A stretch of 64,000 nucleotides of DNA from Octopus vulgaris (taxonomy: Eukaryota): assembly GCA_951406725.2 (NCBI GenBank), contig OX597815.1:33046001-33110000 (forward strand), written 5' to 3'. How positions within the stretch are numbered: position 1 is the stretch's first letter; each line of letters opens with the position of its first letter. The notes below the pieces were generated by a model. It had not been told where the DNA came from. It saw nothing but the letters and a program-made list of their open reading frames with translations, and searched no databases. Of this stretch, positions 40,427-51,017 are shown piece by piece. The position numbers were made by a program, and so were the translations under genes.

Positions 40427-40559
40427 TATATATATATAACTTACTTGAAAATGGATGCGTGGCGTTCGATCATATAATGAAATAAATGATATATAAATAT
40501 GCATATATGCATACATATATGTACATACGTACATCTATATGTATATATACATACATATA

Positions 40560-40890
40560 TGGGTACAGAACATCAAAAAACGTCAGCAAAATGAGAAACG
40601 AGAACATAAAAAACAAAAACATAGAAAACGAACTTTTTTCGAACAACGAAAGAAGCAAATAGAGAAACGAGGCAGGCAATATAAAGAATATTCCCTTCAT
40701 CAGTTTCCCCCTGATTTATCTACTCCGTGTTTCGAAGGTAGGGACAAGACGCGACTTTGTTAAAACAGTTCTTCCCGCAAAGCAAATTAAATAAACTTTA
40801 GGATTTTTTGCAGAGGGTTAAAGTGGTAACAAAAACAGGGCAGTAAGAACAAAACAGTAAAAACAAACGGTGAGGGCTATTAAACCAAGA
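40560..40890 (-). mobile_element. Probable PLE pseudo-LTR fragment carrying a permuted hammerhead-like motif
   Basis: U-rich minus-strand 3' end running into a TA-rich microsatellite. CUGAUGA and GAAA boxes at 40693-40753. Confidence 0.5.
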
Positions 40891-40894
40891 TGAT

Positions 40895-41135
40895 TTGAAA
40901 TGAGGGACCTCCATGGAGTGGGAGTAGATGTTTTCAAGAAACAACTTGACATCTTACTATCCAAGATCCCAGATGAGCCAATATCAAGGCAGGAAACTCA
41001 AAAGAGGGCAGCGATATCGAACTCCCTCCTTCACCAGAACCCAACCCCATAGAACTGGTAAATTAAAAGGTGATTACAATGGCGGTGCCCCAGCTTGGCC
41101 GCAGCCTCAGGGCTGAAACATATAAAAGAATAAAA
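40895..41135 (+). mobile_element. CR1-group LINE 3' end
   Basis: DVFKKQLDILLSKIPDEP..RAAISNSLLHQ, then tail ggcggtgccccagcttggccgcagcc..gctgaaaca. Confidence 0.75.
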
Positions 41136-41228
41136 TAATATATATTATACATACATACATACATACATACATACATACATACATACATACATACATACAT
41201 ACATACATACACACATACATACATACTA

Positions 41229-41453
41229 GGGCGGCGAGCTGGCAGAATTATTAGAATGCCGGACGAAATGCTTAACAGTATTTTGTCTGCCGTTATGTCC
41301 TGAGTTCAAATCCCACCGATTTCGACTTTGCCTTTCATCCATTCGGAATCAATTAAATAAGTACCAGTTACGCATTGGGGATCGATGTAATCGACTTAAT
41401 CCCTTTGTATTTGTTTATTCCTTCTATGTTTTTGCCCCCTGTGGGCAATAAAG

Positions 41454-41456
<3 letters not shown>
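41229..41456 (+). mobile_element. Meta-like SINE
   Basis: Matches the 9593-9823 family. Confidence 0.85.
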
Positions 41457-41502
<46 letters not shown>

Positions 41503-41629
41503 ATGTTTAGAAGAATAGAAAAAGCAACAAAGTGATTCAAGGGCTGAGAGTTTCGTGCGTTAACGTCTGTCAGTTCGATAAATGCTTACGCACAAAACGC
41601 TCTCGAGACAACTTTTATGTAAACATACT

Positions 41630-42100
41630 ACTCAGGTAGTAACATACCGTGGTTGTATTTACGTTTTGAGAAAACAGTTTCGTCTCTCACAAAAGTCTTC
41701 CCAGGACCGGACCACCTATCTGAACTGGGTTTCGGAGCAGGTCCTCCGCACATATTTCATGAACATAGCTCTTGTAATCAACAACTGTGCAGTGGCTCGT
41801 CCTCAGTTCTTCAACACAAAACTGAACTTAAGTCAATTCCTTGACCCATGAGCAAATGGAAAAAAGCAATACAGCCACCTTCCAACCGTGTATCTTTTTT
41901 GACATACACACACTCCTTGCCTCTTTTCGGGAGGACAGTCAGAAAATTTACTCGCTAAGCATTTTCTTCATTTAGTGTCTCTTTGTACATAATTTTCTTT
42001 TAGGTATAACACTCGTCTCTTGCAAGTATGAAACTGCATTCTAATTGTTTTCAATTTTTGCATCATATTCGAAAGGTTAAACGTGTTGGCTGCGGTCATA
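41630..42100 (-). mobile_element. Merlin (IS1016/ISXO2-like) transposase fragment
   Basis: Minus strand, with one frameshift: VVDYKSYVHEICAEDLLRNPVQIGGP..GKTFVRDETVFSKRKYNHG, resembling the Merlin IGGPG..VEIDES.F.KRKYNRG motif. Confidence 0.7.
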
Positions 42101-43188
42101 CTTCTACCTAGGTTGAAAAGGTCTAAGAAAATACGCAGTTCACAATTATGAAAATGAAGAGTGACAAGACAGTAACCGAAAATATCCGTTTCTCAAAAAA
42201 ACAAAAAAAAAACAGGTGAAAATGACAAAAACGAGTTAGTACAAACGTTCAGAAAATAGGCACTCGGCAAAGAAAATCGATGGGTAAAGTAAAATATATG
42301 TGTTTCTAGTGTTAAGAAGACAGCAGCTTGGCTAGTTACTATGGAACCGGCAGCTTAAATTTCCCAAAATTTGAAGCTATTATCTTTTTTAATTTTTTAA
42401 TTTATGGCAAAAATGTATTTCATCTCCATAATTAGCATTCAAAACTACATCAATACACCAAATTTGAAAGCAATTAGAACATAATTAAAAAAAAATAGAA
42501 AACCATGACAGGCACAAAAAATAATCCGAAATTACTCGTATTAAAAGTTATTGTAAAATATTTTATACGTCAATAAATGCGATTGAAACAAAATTTAAAA
42601 AAATAGAAAATTGTGACAGCAACAGAAAAGATCCAAATCTTTTTCCTTTCAATCAGAATTTCTAGTTTTTCTTTCTCATATCTTTTCTATCATTCTTTGC
42701 ATATATATATTTTCATCAGTTCATCTTATATAGAAACGGGTAGTAAACCTCGCTTTTATGGTAAAATTCGGTAACATGAATAGCTCACTTGTTGTGCTTT
42801 CTAGTGATTCATATAAGTATTGTATAGTATTACTAAAAAATCAGTTGAAATTCATTTAAAATGGCAAAGCAATAAATTTAGTGATAAGTCGATAAAAAAA
42901 AACATACATAAATATTTTACGCTTTGAAATGCATCGAGTTCTTTCTTTAAATGTGGTGTTCTTTATCAGTTAAGTGCGAACGTGTATCTTGTAATAATTT
43001 TCATAATTTTCGAGGAGTATTTTTATTTAATGCAGTCGGAGGCATCTAAACCACGAATAGAAAGTGACAGCAGCAACAGTAGGAGAATTAATACAAGAAT
43101 CTATCTATTACTTTAATATCACATATTATCATGTACACTCACACACACACACACACACACTGGCACAGACGCAACCACACACATACAG

Positions 43189-43220
<32 letters not shown>

Positions 43221-43289
43221 GTATGTATTTATGATATATATTATATTATTGCATACATGCATACATGCACACACACATATACATATATA

Positions 43290-44172
43290 CAGGGTGCAAT
43301 GGGTGAAATGTCACTAGTTTATATTTTTAATTTCGCGCATGCGACATGTTTGTTTTTGATTTTGTCGACTACATGGTATAGTAGGGTCAGTTGGGCACCG
43401 TGTGTGAGGAAAGCAGCACCATGGCGCAATTCACTCTACCAGAAATTTGGAAACGACATGCTGTACTGCTTGGCATTTGCGCCGGGAACTCCAGTACGGA
43501 CATTTCAGAGTGTTTTGGCTGTCAATTTGAGGACAGTGCAATCTGAGAACATGTACCAAGAGTGACAAAGATCAAACATCCAGTCTACATCATGGTTTTG
43601 GAGTGATCACTAGTGATGGCAATGTTTAGCCGTCATGCATCTTCCCACATGGCCTCACTCTCAACACGGAAGCCTACATCATGTGCCTGGAGGAAGTAGT
43701 GCTGCTCTGAGTCAAGAGGGTGGCTGCTGGAAGACCTTATGTCTGGCAAGAGGACTCTACACCATACCACACAGGAGAACCCAGTCATGGCTGTTAGACA
43801 ATTTCTACAACTATATCACCCCTAAAATCTGGCCACCTAACTCCCAAGACTGCAACCTCCTTGATTATTATGTGTGGGTTGCAGTTGAACAAGAGACCAA
43901 CAAAACTCCTTGTAACACTAAAGATGAACTGAAGGCAAGGATTATGGCAGCATTCACCAACTTAAACAAGGATACAGTCCAGAAGAATTGCAGGAGATCC
44001 CGAAGTCGTCTGGAAGTCATGGCTGAAGCCAATGGCGATTTTATTGAATAAATGTACTCTTTAGTAATGCAAGATATTTTTATGTTGCTTCGGTAAATAT
44101 ATGTTAAAATGAGATGTCAGTGTTATTTTCATTTTTGCGTATTTTAGACGACAATATATTCACCGTATCCTG
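43290..44172 (+). mobile_element. Internally deleted Tc1/mariner-superfamily element, DD37D (maT)-like
   Basis: TA|cagggtg ... tatcctg|TA termini. MVFGVITSDG, YVWQEDSTP, WPPNSQDCNLLDYYVW and ANGDFIE motifs. Confidence 0.85.
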
Positions 44173-44497
44173 TACACACATACACACACACACACACACA
44201 CGCCCCCCCCCACATATATATATGACTAATGTAGGATAAAATTTTTTTCGGGAAAAAAATTTTATCAATGGCCAGCATATCAAAAATACCTTTAAAGGTT
44301 AAATTTATAAATAATTTACAAGATAAGGGCAAAAGAAAAATTCTAATGCCAAATATGCCGAATAAAAAGACAAAAATTGTCAATAACCATTATAATTTAT
44401 GCGTTTCGAAACAAACCGATAGAAATTTCTAAAAAATCCGTTATTACCGTATTGGTCCCAATTTCGGGGTTAATTCAATACCTGAAGCACTGTATAA

Positions 44498-45567
44498 TCT
44501 ACGCTCCCAGCTTAGTTTTTCTAATGCTCGTTGCTTAGTTTTTCTTGGAGGGCTGGCCGTGATCTAGTAATCTCAAGATTAATCAGCCGAAATTACTACG
44601 ATGATCCGGTTCTTGACTGAAGACTGAGGGTTTCGAATGTCCTGTCCGTGTTTATTGTATCGTCTTCTAAGAGTTATACGTTCTTGTCCATGTTGTATTT
44701 TTCTACATACCTTAACATATATTCCAGGCGCCACGTACCCTCTTAACATTAATGTGAGCACATATTCTTAATAACTGGTACGACTCTTTGTTTGTCTCTC
44801 TCTCTCTCTCTTTTTACTTGATCTGTCCCCTTCTCTCTCTACTCATCCTCTTTTTCTCTTCTCTTTCCTCTGATTCTTTGGTCTAATCTTCCACTACCCT
44901 CCTAATTCTTTGTCTCGCTCTGCACTCACAGGTCAATCTTCGACACCCATCCCTTCTCCTCTCTGATTCCTTCTTTCTCTCTCTTCTCTCTCTTTGTTGC
45001 GTTTGTCCCTCCTCTCTCTCTCTCCTCTCTCTCTCTCTCTTCCGCTGCTTCTCTTTCTTTTCTTTTCTCTCTCCTCTGTCACGTGACTGCTGGCCGAAAT
45101 CTGCCTTTCAGCTTCTGACCAGCGTCGTGTTAACATCGTTGTTTTTCGTCCGCCGCTATAGGCATCGCCGATAAGGCTCCTTTCCTTGCGCCAGAGAAAA
45201 AATTTGTTTGCTTGTTATCAGTCGTAAGACACTTGTTGTTGTTTTCACCGTTAATGCTTCTGTATTTCATGTTTCTGTATTCCATTATTTTTTTGTTTTT
45301 TTATATTCGTCCCTTTTGCTGTCCTGGTGTCCGTATGCATTCGATCCTTCTTCCAGGAAATCTACGCTCCCAGCTTAGTTTTTCTAATGTTCGTTGCTTA
45401 GTTTTTCTTGGAGGGCTGGCCGTGATCTAGTAATCTCAAGATTAATCAGCCGAAATTACTACGATGATCCGGTTCTTGACTGAAGACTGAGGGTTTCGAA
45501 TGTCCTGTCCGTGTTTATTGTATCGTCTTCTAAGAGTTCTTGTCCATGTTGTATTTTTCTACATACC

Positions 45568-45570
<3 letters not shown>
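44498..45570 (+). mobile_element. 5'-truncated Penelope-like element with tandem pseudo-LTR (direct repeat about 44498-44725 and 45361-45570)
   Basis: Near-identical direct repeats at an 863-bp offset. Just after the first repeat is RRHVPS/(L)NINVSTYS, resembling the PLE GIY-YIG C-terminal PxLN motif. Ends in (TA)n. Confidence 0.7.
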
Positions 45571-45635
<65 letters not shown>

Positions 45636-45638
<3 letters not shown>

Positions 45639-46950
45639 TTCCTACAGCACTATGACTGGGTTTTGAAACAACTGCTTGAGCATTCAGATGTCAGTGTGAT
45701 ACACATTGACTTCGCAAAGGCATTTAAGATAGATCATGTCATGATAAGTCATAAGCTACAAGACCTTGGCGTTGCTGGTAAACTGGGAGAGTGGCTGCAT
45801 GACTTCCTTAAAAACAGAAGTCAGGTAGTTGCAGCCAATGGTGCCCTTTTTGAGGAAACTCAAAACCTAAGTGGCGTCCCTCGAGGAACTGTTCTGGGGC
45901 CATTAATGTTTATAATGGCCCTCTTAGACATGTCCACGGTCACTCGGACAACCGTTGTCACTAGCTATGCCGACGATACAAAATTATTACAGGCAACAAA
46001 AACCAAGATGATGTCACAAGCTTACAGCGGGACCTAAATTCAATATACAAGCAAGCCGAAATAAACAACATGCTGTTTAATGCTGGAAAAATTCAATCAC
46101 TGCACATTCAACTCACAATTACAGTACAGTCTATATATACAGGACCCGAAGGCACTACAATCCCAGAGTCACCGGCAGTGAAAGAATTGGGGATCAGCAT
46201 TTGCAATGACGCATCATATTATATGCACATTAGCAAGAGGGAAGCAAAGTGCTGACAATTGGCAGGATGGATACTGAAATCCTTCAAGACAAGAGATCAA
46301 AAAACTATATTGACCCTGTGGAGGACCTTCGTTCTCAGCCGCCTGGATCACTGCTCCCAGTTATGGTCACCACATAGTGCCAAACTAACAGCGGAGCTTG
46401 AAGTAGTCCAACGCCACTGCACTAAAAGGATTGTAATAGTGCAGCTACGGGGATAGCTTTACTCCCTGGAGCGAAGGCATGAGAGATATGCAATAATATA
46501 CATATGGAAAATCCCTAGAAAGGCTTGTACCTCACTTTGGCATTGAATGTTATACAAATGCTAGAACCGGCCGCTATTGTATTGTACCAATGGTACCATC
46601 CACTCCATCTAAATTCAGTACCAGGTACTGCAATAGTCTGGGGTTCAAAGGCCCACAGCTCGTCAATGCCCTGCCACAAAAATTAAGAAATTTTCATAAG
46701 CTGGAAGCAGATATTTTCAGAAAGGATTTAGACATCATCCTCTCCACAATACCGGATGAACCAACAGCCCGAGATGAGGTACAGTCGAGGCCAGCAGAAT
46801 CAAACTACCTTCTACGCCAAATGTTCCAACAGCTGAGGCAAAGGCACATACAGGAGTGGTGATGCGAAACACCCAGACTGAGGAAGTCAGAAAGACCATG
46901 GTGGTGCTCCAGCATGGCCACAGCCGCATGTCTGAAACGAGTAAAAGAGT
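45636..46950 (+). mobile_element. 5'-truncated CR1-group LINE (RT), degraded
   Basis: IDFAKAF, SGVPRGTVLGPLMF, YADDTKL, SRLDHCSQLWSPH, LDIILSTIPDEP. Tail gctccagcatggccacag..ctgaaacgagtaaaagagta. Confidence 0.9.
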
Positions 46951-47199
46951 ATGTATACATATATACATACACACACACACTCGCACGCGCACACACACAC
47001 ACACACACACACACATACATACATATTTCGTTTTTGTATTAGGTTTGCAAGATTCTTTATGTGAATTTGTGTGTTGAAGCCTATTTTATTGTGTCTGGGA
47101 AGAATCATTCTGTTTTAATTTCCACTCACTTTTTTTTTCTAAAATTTTTGTTGCTTCTTGCAACCTCTTCAGTAGTCGTTGACTCTGTCCGTTATTGGA

Positions 47200-47572
47200 G
47201 CTGTGTTCTTTTTGTTTGTTTGTTTGTTTGTCTGTTTGTGCGCATGTATGTGCGTCAGTGTGTATGTGCATACACATATGTATGTATGTATGAATGTATG
47301 TATGTATGTGTGTATGTATGTGTATGTGTGTATATATATATATGTATGCGTGTGTGCGCGTTTGTATGTATGTATTCTGCATATTCATGTCTTTGCGTGT
47401 TCATGTTTGTGTGTTTGTGTGTATGTATGTGTTTGTGTGTATGTGTGTGTTTGTGTATTTATGTGTATTCCTCTGTCTCCTTGTGTGTGCATGTTTGAGT
47501 GTCTATGTGTATGGCCATGTGTGACTATGTACATGTGTCTATTATGTATGGATGTGTGTCTCCATGTGTCCT

Positions 47573-47615
<43 letters not shown>

Positions 47616-47770
47616 GTGTGTGTGTATATATGGTCATGTGTTTCATTCTTCTTTGTGTATATGTGTGTGTGTTTGTCTGTTCATATTACCTATGTACCTA
47701 TCTATCTACTTATTTATCAGTTACATATCCATTTACCTACTTATATATATATATATACACATTTACATAC
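47200..47770. repeat. Degenerate (GT/AT)n low-complexity tract, followed by a SINE tail at 47770-47900
   Basis: Directly visible. Confidence 0.85.
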
Positions 47771-47937
47771 GTTTGGCAAAAGAGACCGATAGAGTAAGTG
47801 GCAGGACTTAAAAATAAATAAATAAAAGTACTGGGGCGATTCATTCAGCTAAAATTTCTTCAGGGCGTTGCTCTAGCATGGTCGCAGTAAAAAAATAAAA
47901 TAAAAACAAAATACACATGCATACATACATACATGCA

Positions 47938-47968
<31 letters not shown>

Positions 47969-48158
47969 GCATATATATTTTTATGCAGATGTACATATAT
48001 GCATATGCACACACGCGTACACGCACACATGCATGCATACGACATATATGTCATATGATATATGTATTTGCACGTACATATACATACCATATATATGTAT
48101 ATAACATATATATATATACAGTCTGTATGTTTTTCTGGTACTTAATTTCTCAACAAGA

Positions 48159-51017
48159 ATGGAAAAAGTAAACATTGAGTTCTCCCCTAAAGACATCCCC
48201 TTACATAGTATAGATGAATATAATTGGCTTCTCATTCATAGGATTAACGATTTCATCAGAAGAATCAGGTGGAAAACGTACCATTTTGATGTCAAACAGA
48301 AGAAGAAACCACAGGAAAGGAATACCGAAATGAATTTTAGAAGAATTTTTAAAAGTAGAAAAAGCCCACCTCAGAACCCATTCCTGGAGAATTTTGAGAA
48401 AGACTTGCTGAATCTTATAGATGATATTAGCTTCAAGGAACACCCGTTAAGGTATAACCCTCACCTTAGACACCTTAGGAACTTTATTCAGTCAACCCGG
48501 TGCAAACATGGAATCCTAGTACCAGCAGATAAAACGGGTAATATGTATAGAGTTGATTACGATATTTATAGCAAATTAATTAGGAAAGAACTAAACTCCA
48601 AATATAAAATTACGACTAGGATTAATTTGAAAAAAGTAAACATGGAAATGAAAGAGATCATGGAAAAGCTAAATTTAACGGATAGAACGGAGCCACTTAA
48701 ACCGTGTGAGCCCAGGATCAACCTTAAAGACCACAAAAAGAACTTCTTGGAAAACCCTTCGGTAAGGCTGATCTGTCCAACTAGGTCGGACATTGGCCGA
48801 CTTAGTAAATCTATCTTGGATACTGTTCTACCCCAAATAACCCCTCTTCTCCCCTTAAACCTATGGCTAAGTACCGATGAAGTTCTAAAATGGTTTAACT
48901 CTCTAACTAATACTAGTAGTCTGTCCTTTATTCAGTTCGATATTAATAGTTATTACTCTAGCATTTCCCCTATCTTACTCAACAAATCACTAATATTTGC
49001 CATGAATCGCTCCCTCATATCTAGAGAAGAAATCAATATTGTGCTACTAGCTAGGAAGACATTTATAGAATTTGAAGATAAATTATGGACTAGAGCAGAT
49101 ACACCAAATTTTTTTGATATACCAATGGGTTCCAGTGATTCGGCTGAGGTAACCAACCTAGTAGGCGCATATCTATTAAAATGCATAAGCAAGGATATCC
49201 CAGAACAGGGGGGTCTATATAGGGATGATGCTCTGTTTGTTATCCCTAGTAATAATAAATCTGTTATAGAAAGGATTAGAAAGAAAATTAATAAGTTCTT
49301 TAGGGATTTCAACCTCAGTATAACGTATGAACCGGGCACTAAAATAGTTAATTTCCTAGATACTACGCTAGACCTTAACTCCAAACTACATTACCCATTT
49401 AGAAAGGAAGGTGAAATCACGAATTACGTAAATAAATTATCAAATCATCCCCCAAATATTATAGAATCTTTAGTAAGAAATATTTCATTAAGAATTTCAA
49501 AATTATCATCCAATAAGGATATTTTTAACTCCCATTCTGAGCATTATAATGCGGCGTTAACTAAGGCTGGATACAACCAAAAGATTACATTCGTTGATAA
49601 GGGGAACTCACGTATTCCTAATAATGAAGTTATCAATAATCACGTAAGCAGCAATAAAGTCCAAGCCCGAAATAAAAGTAGAATTAAACTAACGGTAAAC
49701 GCTAATCTAGCGTACAGGCCCAACAATTCAAATAGAAACATTGACCAGAACATAGGTAACTCGGATAGTATTGAAGTAGATAAACCTAAGATGCACACAA
49801 ATAAAAATAAAAATAATGGTAATAAATACAATAACTCCGGTGAGATGAATAGTAATAATTCTACGAACCCTAAATTTGATAAAAAAGATATATTATGGCT
49901 GAATATTCCTTTCAACTGTGCGATACAATCGGATATACAGAACAAATTCAAAGTGATTCTGGAAAAAAATTTCCCTATCTCTCATAGATATCATAGAATT
50001 ATTTCTAGGAAAACAGTTAGGATTTCTTATTCAACCCTCCCAAATATGTCCACTTTAATAGCTAAGATTAATAATAACAACATTAAACTAGCCAGGAAAG
50101 ATAGAAATATAAATAATAATAATAATAATAATAATAATATCAGCATGAATACCAATAGAAATTGTAATAATACTACCAACAATAAAAACAGCAATAGTAA
50201 CTATCAAAACATAGGTGAAATTAGTAACCACAGAATGACTAATAACATTAGCATTAATAGTAATAATAGCAATGCCGATATTAGTAGAAGTAATAATGTT
50301 AATAATAGAAATAATAGAAATAGGGAAAATAGAGAAAATAAGGAGAATGAAAATATTAGTGATATCTATAATAACAAGATGCAGTCGGATAAAAAGACTA
50401 GCAATAATATTAACATTACCAATAATATAAGAAATCATGGTAGGACTTTAGATCTAAATAATGAAACAGAAGGATCAAGAAATAATAGCAATACTTTAGA
50501 TATCAGCACCAACTATAGAAATGATAATCAAAATAATAGGAACCTAAAACATCTACCCAAGAATAATCCAAAGCCTGAAGGTGTTCCTCCTGTGTGTAAG
50601 TGTAGAATAAAATCAAAATGCCCGGCACCTGGTCTATGTGGAGAAAATAATGTAATCTATAAATGTACCATATCCACGGAGAATAACAAATATTATTACA
50701 TTGGATGTACAATTAATTTTTTAGCTAGAGTTAGAAATCACATCTCGACTTTTAAATTACGTCATAAAGCTGGTACCACCACACTTTCAAACAAAATCTG
50801 GGAACTCAAAAATAATAATAAAAATTATAACCTTAATTGGGAAATAGTTAGGAGAGCAATTCCGTATAAAAATAGTAGGGTTGGTTGCCAACTATGCTCC
50901 ATGGAGACATATGAAATTCTAAAGCATAGAAAACATAGAAACCTATTGAATAACCATATCGAACTAGGTCAAGTTTGTGTCCACGCTAAATTGAAGACTT
51001 TAAAATATTTTAAATGA
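48159..51017 (+). CDS. PLE reverse transcriptase plus GIY-YIG endonuclease, 952 aa, uninterrupted
   Basis: ADKTGN, KDHK, FDINSYYSSI, PMGS, YRDDAL, FLDTTLDL, SNHPP, CKC-x5-C-x4-C linker, VIY..YYIG..F..R..NH, terminal CQLC..CVH. Confidence 0.95.
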   Translation: MEKVNIEFSPKDIPLHSIDEYNWLLIHRINDFIRRIRWKTYHFDVKQKKKPQERNTEMNFRRIFKSRKSPPQNPFLENFEKDLLNLIDDISFKEHPLRYNPHLRHLRNFIQSTRCKHGILVPADKTGNMYRVDYDIYSKLIRKELNSKYKITTRINLKKVNMEMKEIMEKLNLTDRTEPLKPCEPRINLKDHKKNFLENPSVRLICPTRSDIGRLSKSILDTVLPQITPLLPLNLWLSTDEVLKWFNSLTNTSSLSFIQFDINSYYSSISPILLNKSLIFAMNRSLISREEINIVLLARKTFIEFEDKLWTRADTPNFFDIPMGSSDSAEVTNLVGAYLLKCISKDIPEQGGLYRDDALFVIPSNNKSVIERIRKKINKFFRDFNLSITYEPGTKIVNFLDTTLDLNSKLHYPFRKEGEITNYVNKLSNHPPNIIESLVRNISLRISKLSSNKDIFNSHSEHYNAALTKAGYNQKITFVDKGNSRIPNNEVINNHVSSNKVQARNKSRIKLTVNANLAYRPNNSNRNIDQNIGNSDSIEVDKPKMHTNKNKNNGNKYNNSGEMNSNNSTNPKFDKKDILWLNIPFNCAIQSDIQNKFKVILEKNFPISHRYHRIISRKTVRISYSTLPNMSTLIAKINNNNIKLARKDRNINNNNNNNNNISMNTNRNCNNTTNNKNSNSNYQNIGEISNHRMTNNISINSNNSNADISRSNNVNNRNNRNRENRENKENENISDIYNNKMQSDKKTSNNINITNNIRNHGRTLDLNNETEGSRNNSNTLDISTNYRNDNQNNRNLKHLPKNNPKPEGVPPVCKCRIKSKCPAPGLCGENNVIYKCTISTENNKYYYIGCTINFLARVRNHISTFKLRHKAGTTTLSNKIWELKNNNKNYNLNWEIVRRAIPYKNSRVGCQLCSMETYEILKHRKHRNLLNNHIELGQVCVHAKLKTLKYFK

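Noticed and set aside
42787-42832. Possible 44-nt minus-strand microexon (ttttttag..gtgag)
   Set aside because: The peptide has no similarity to the receptor, and such splice-like pairs are common by chance.
44225-44495. Minus-strand cGAAACgcaUA resembling a hammerhead 3' half in a PLE-like terminus
   Set aside because: No CUGANGA box or matching stem found, so not callable.
48201-50712. Antisense ORFs overlapping the PLE ORF
   Set aside because: Short shadow frames of the sense ORF with no motifs.
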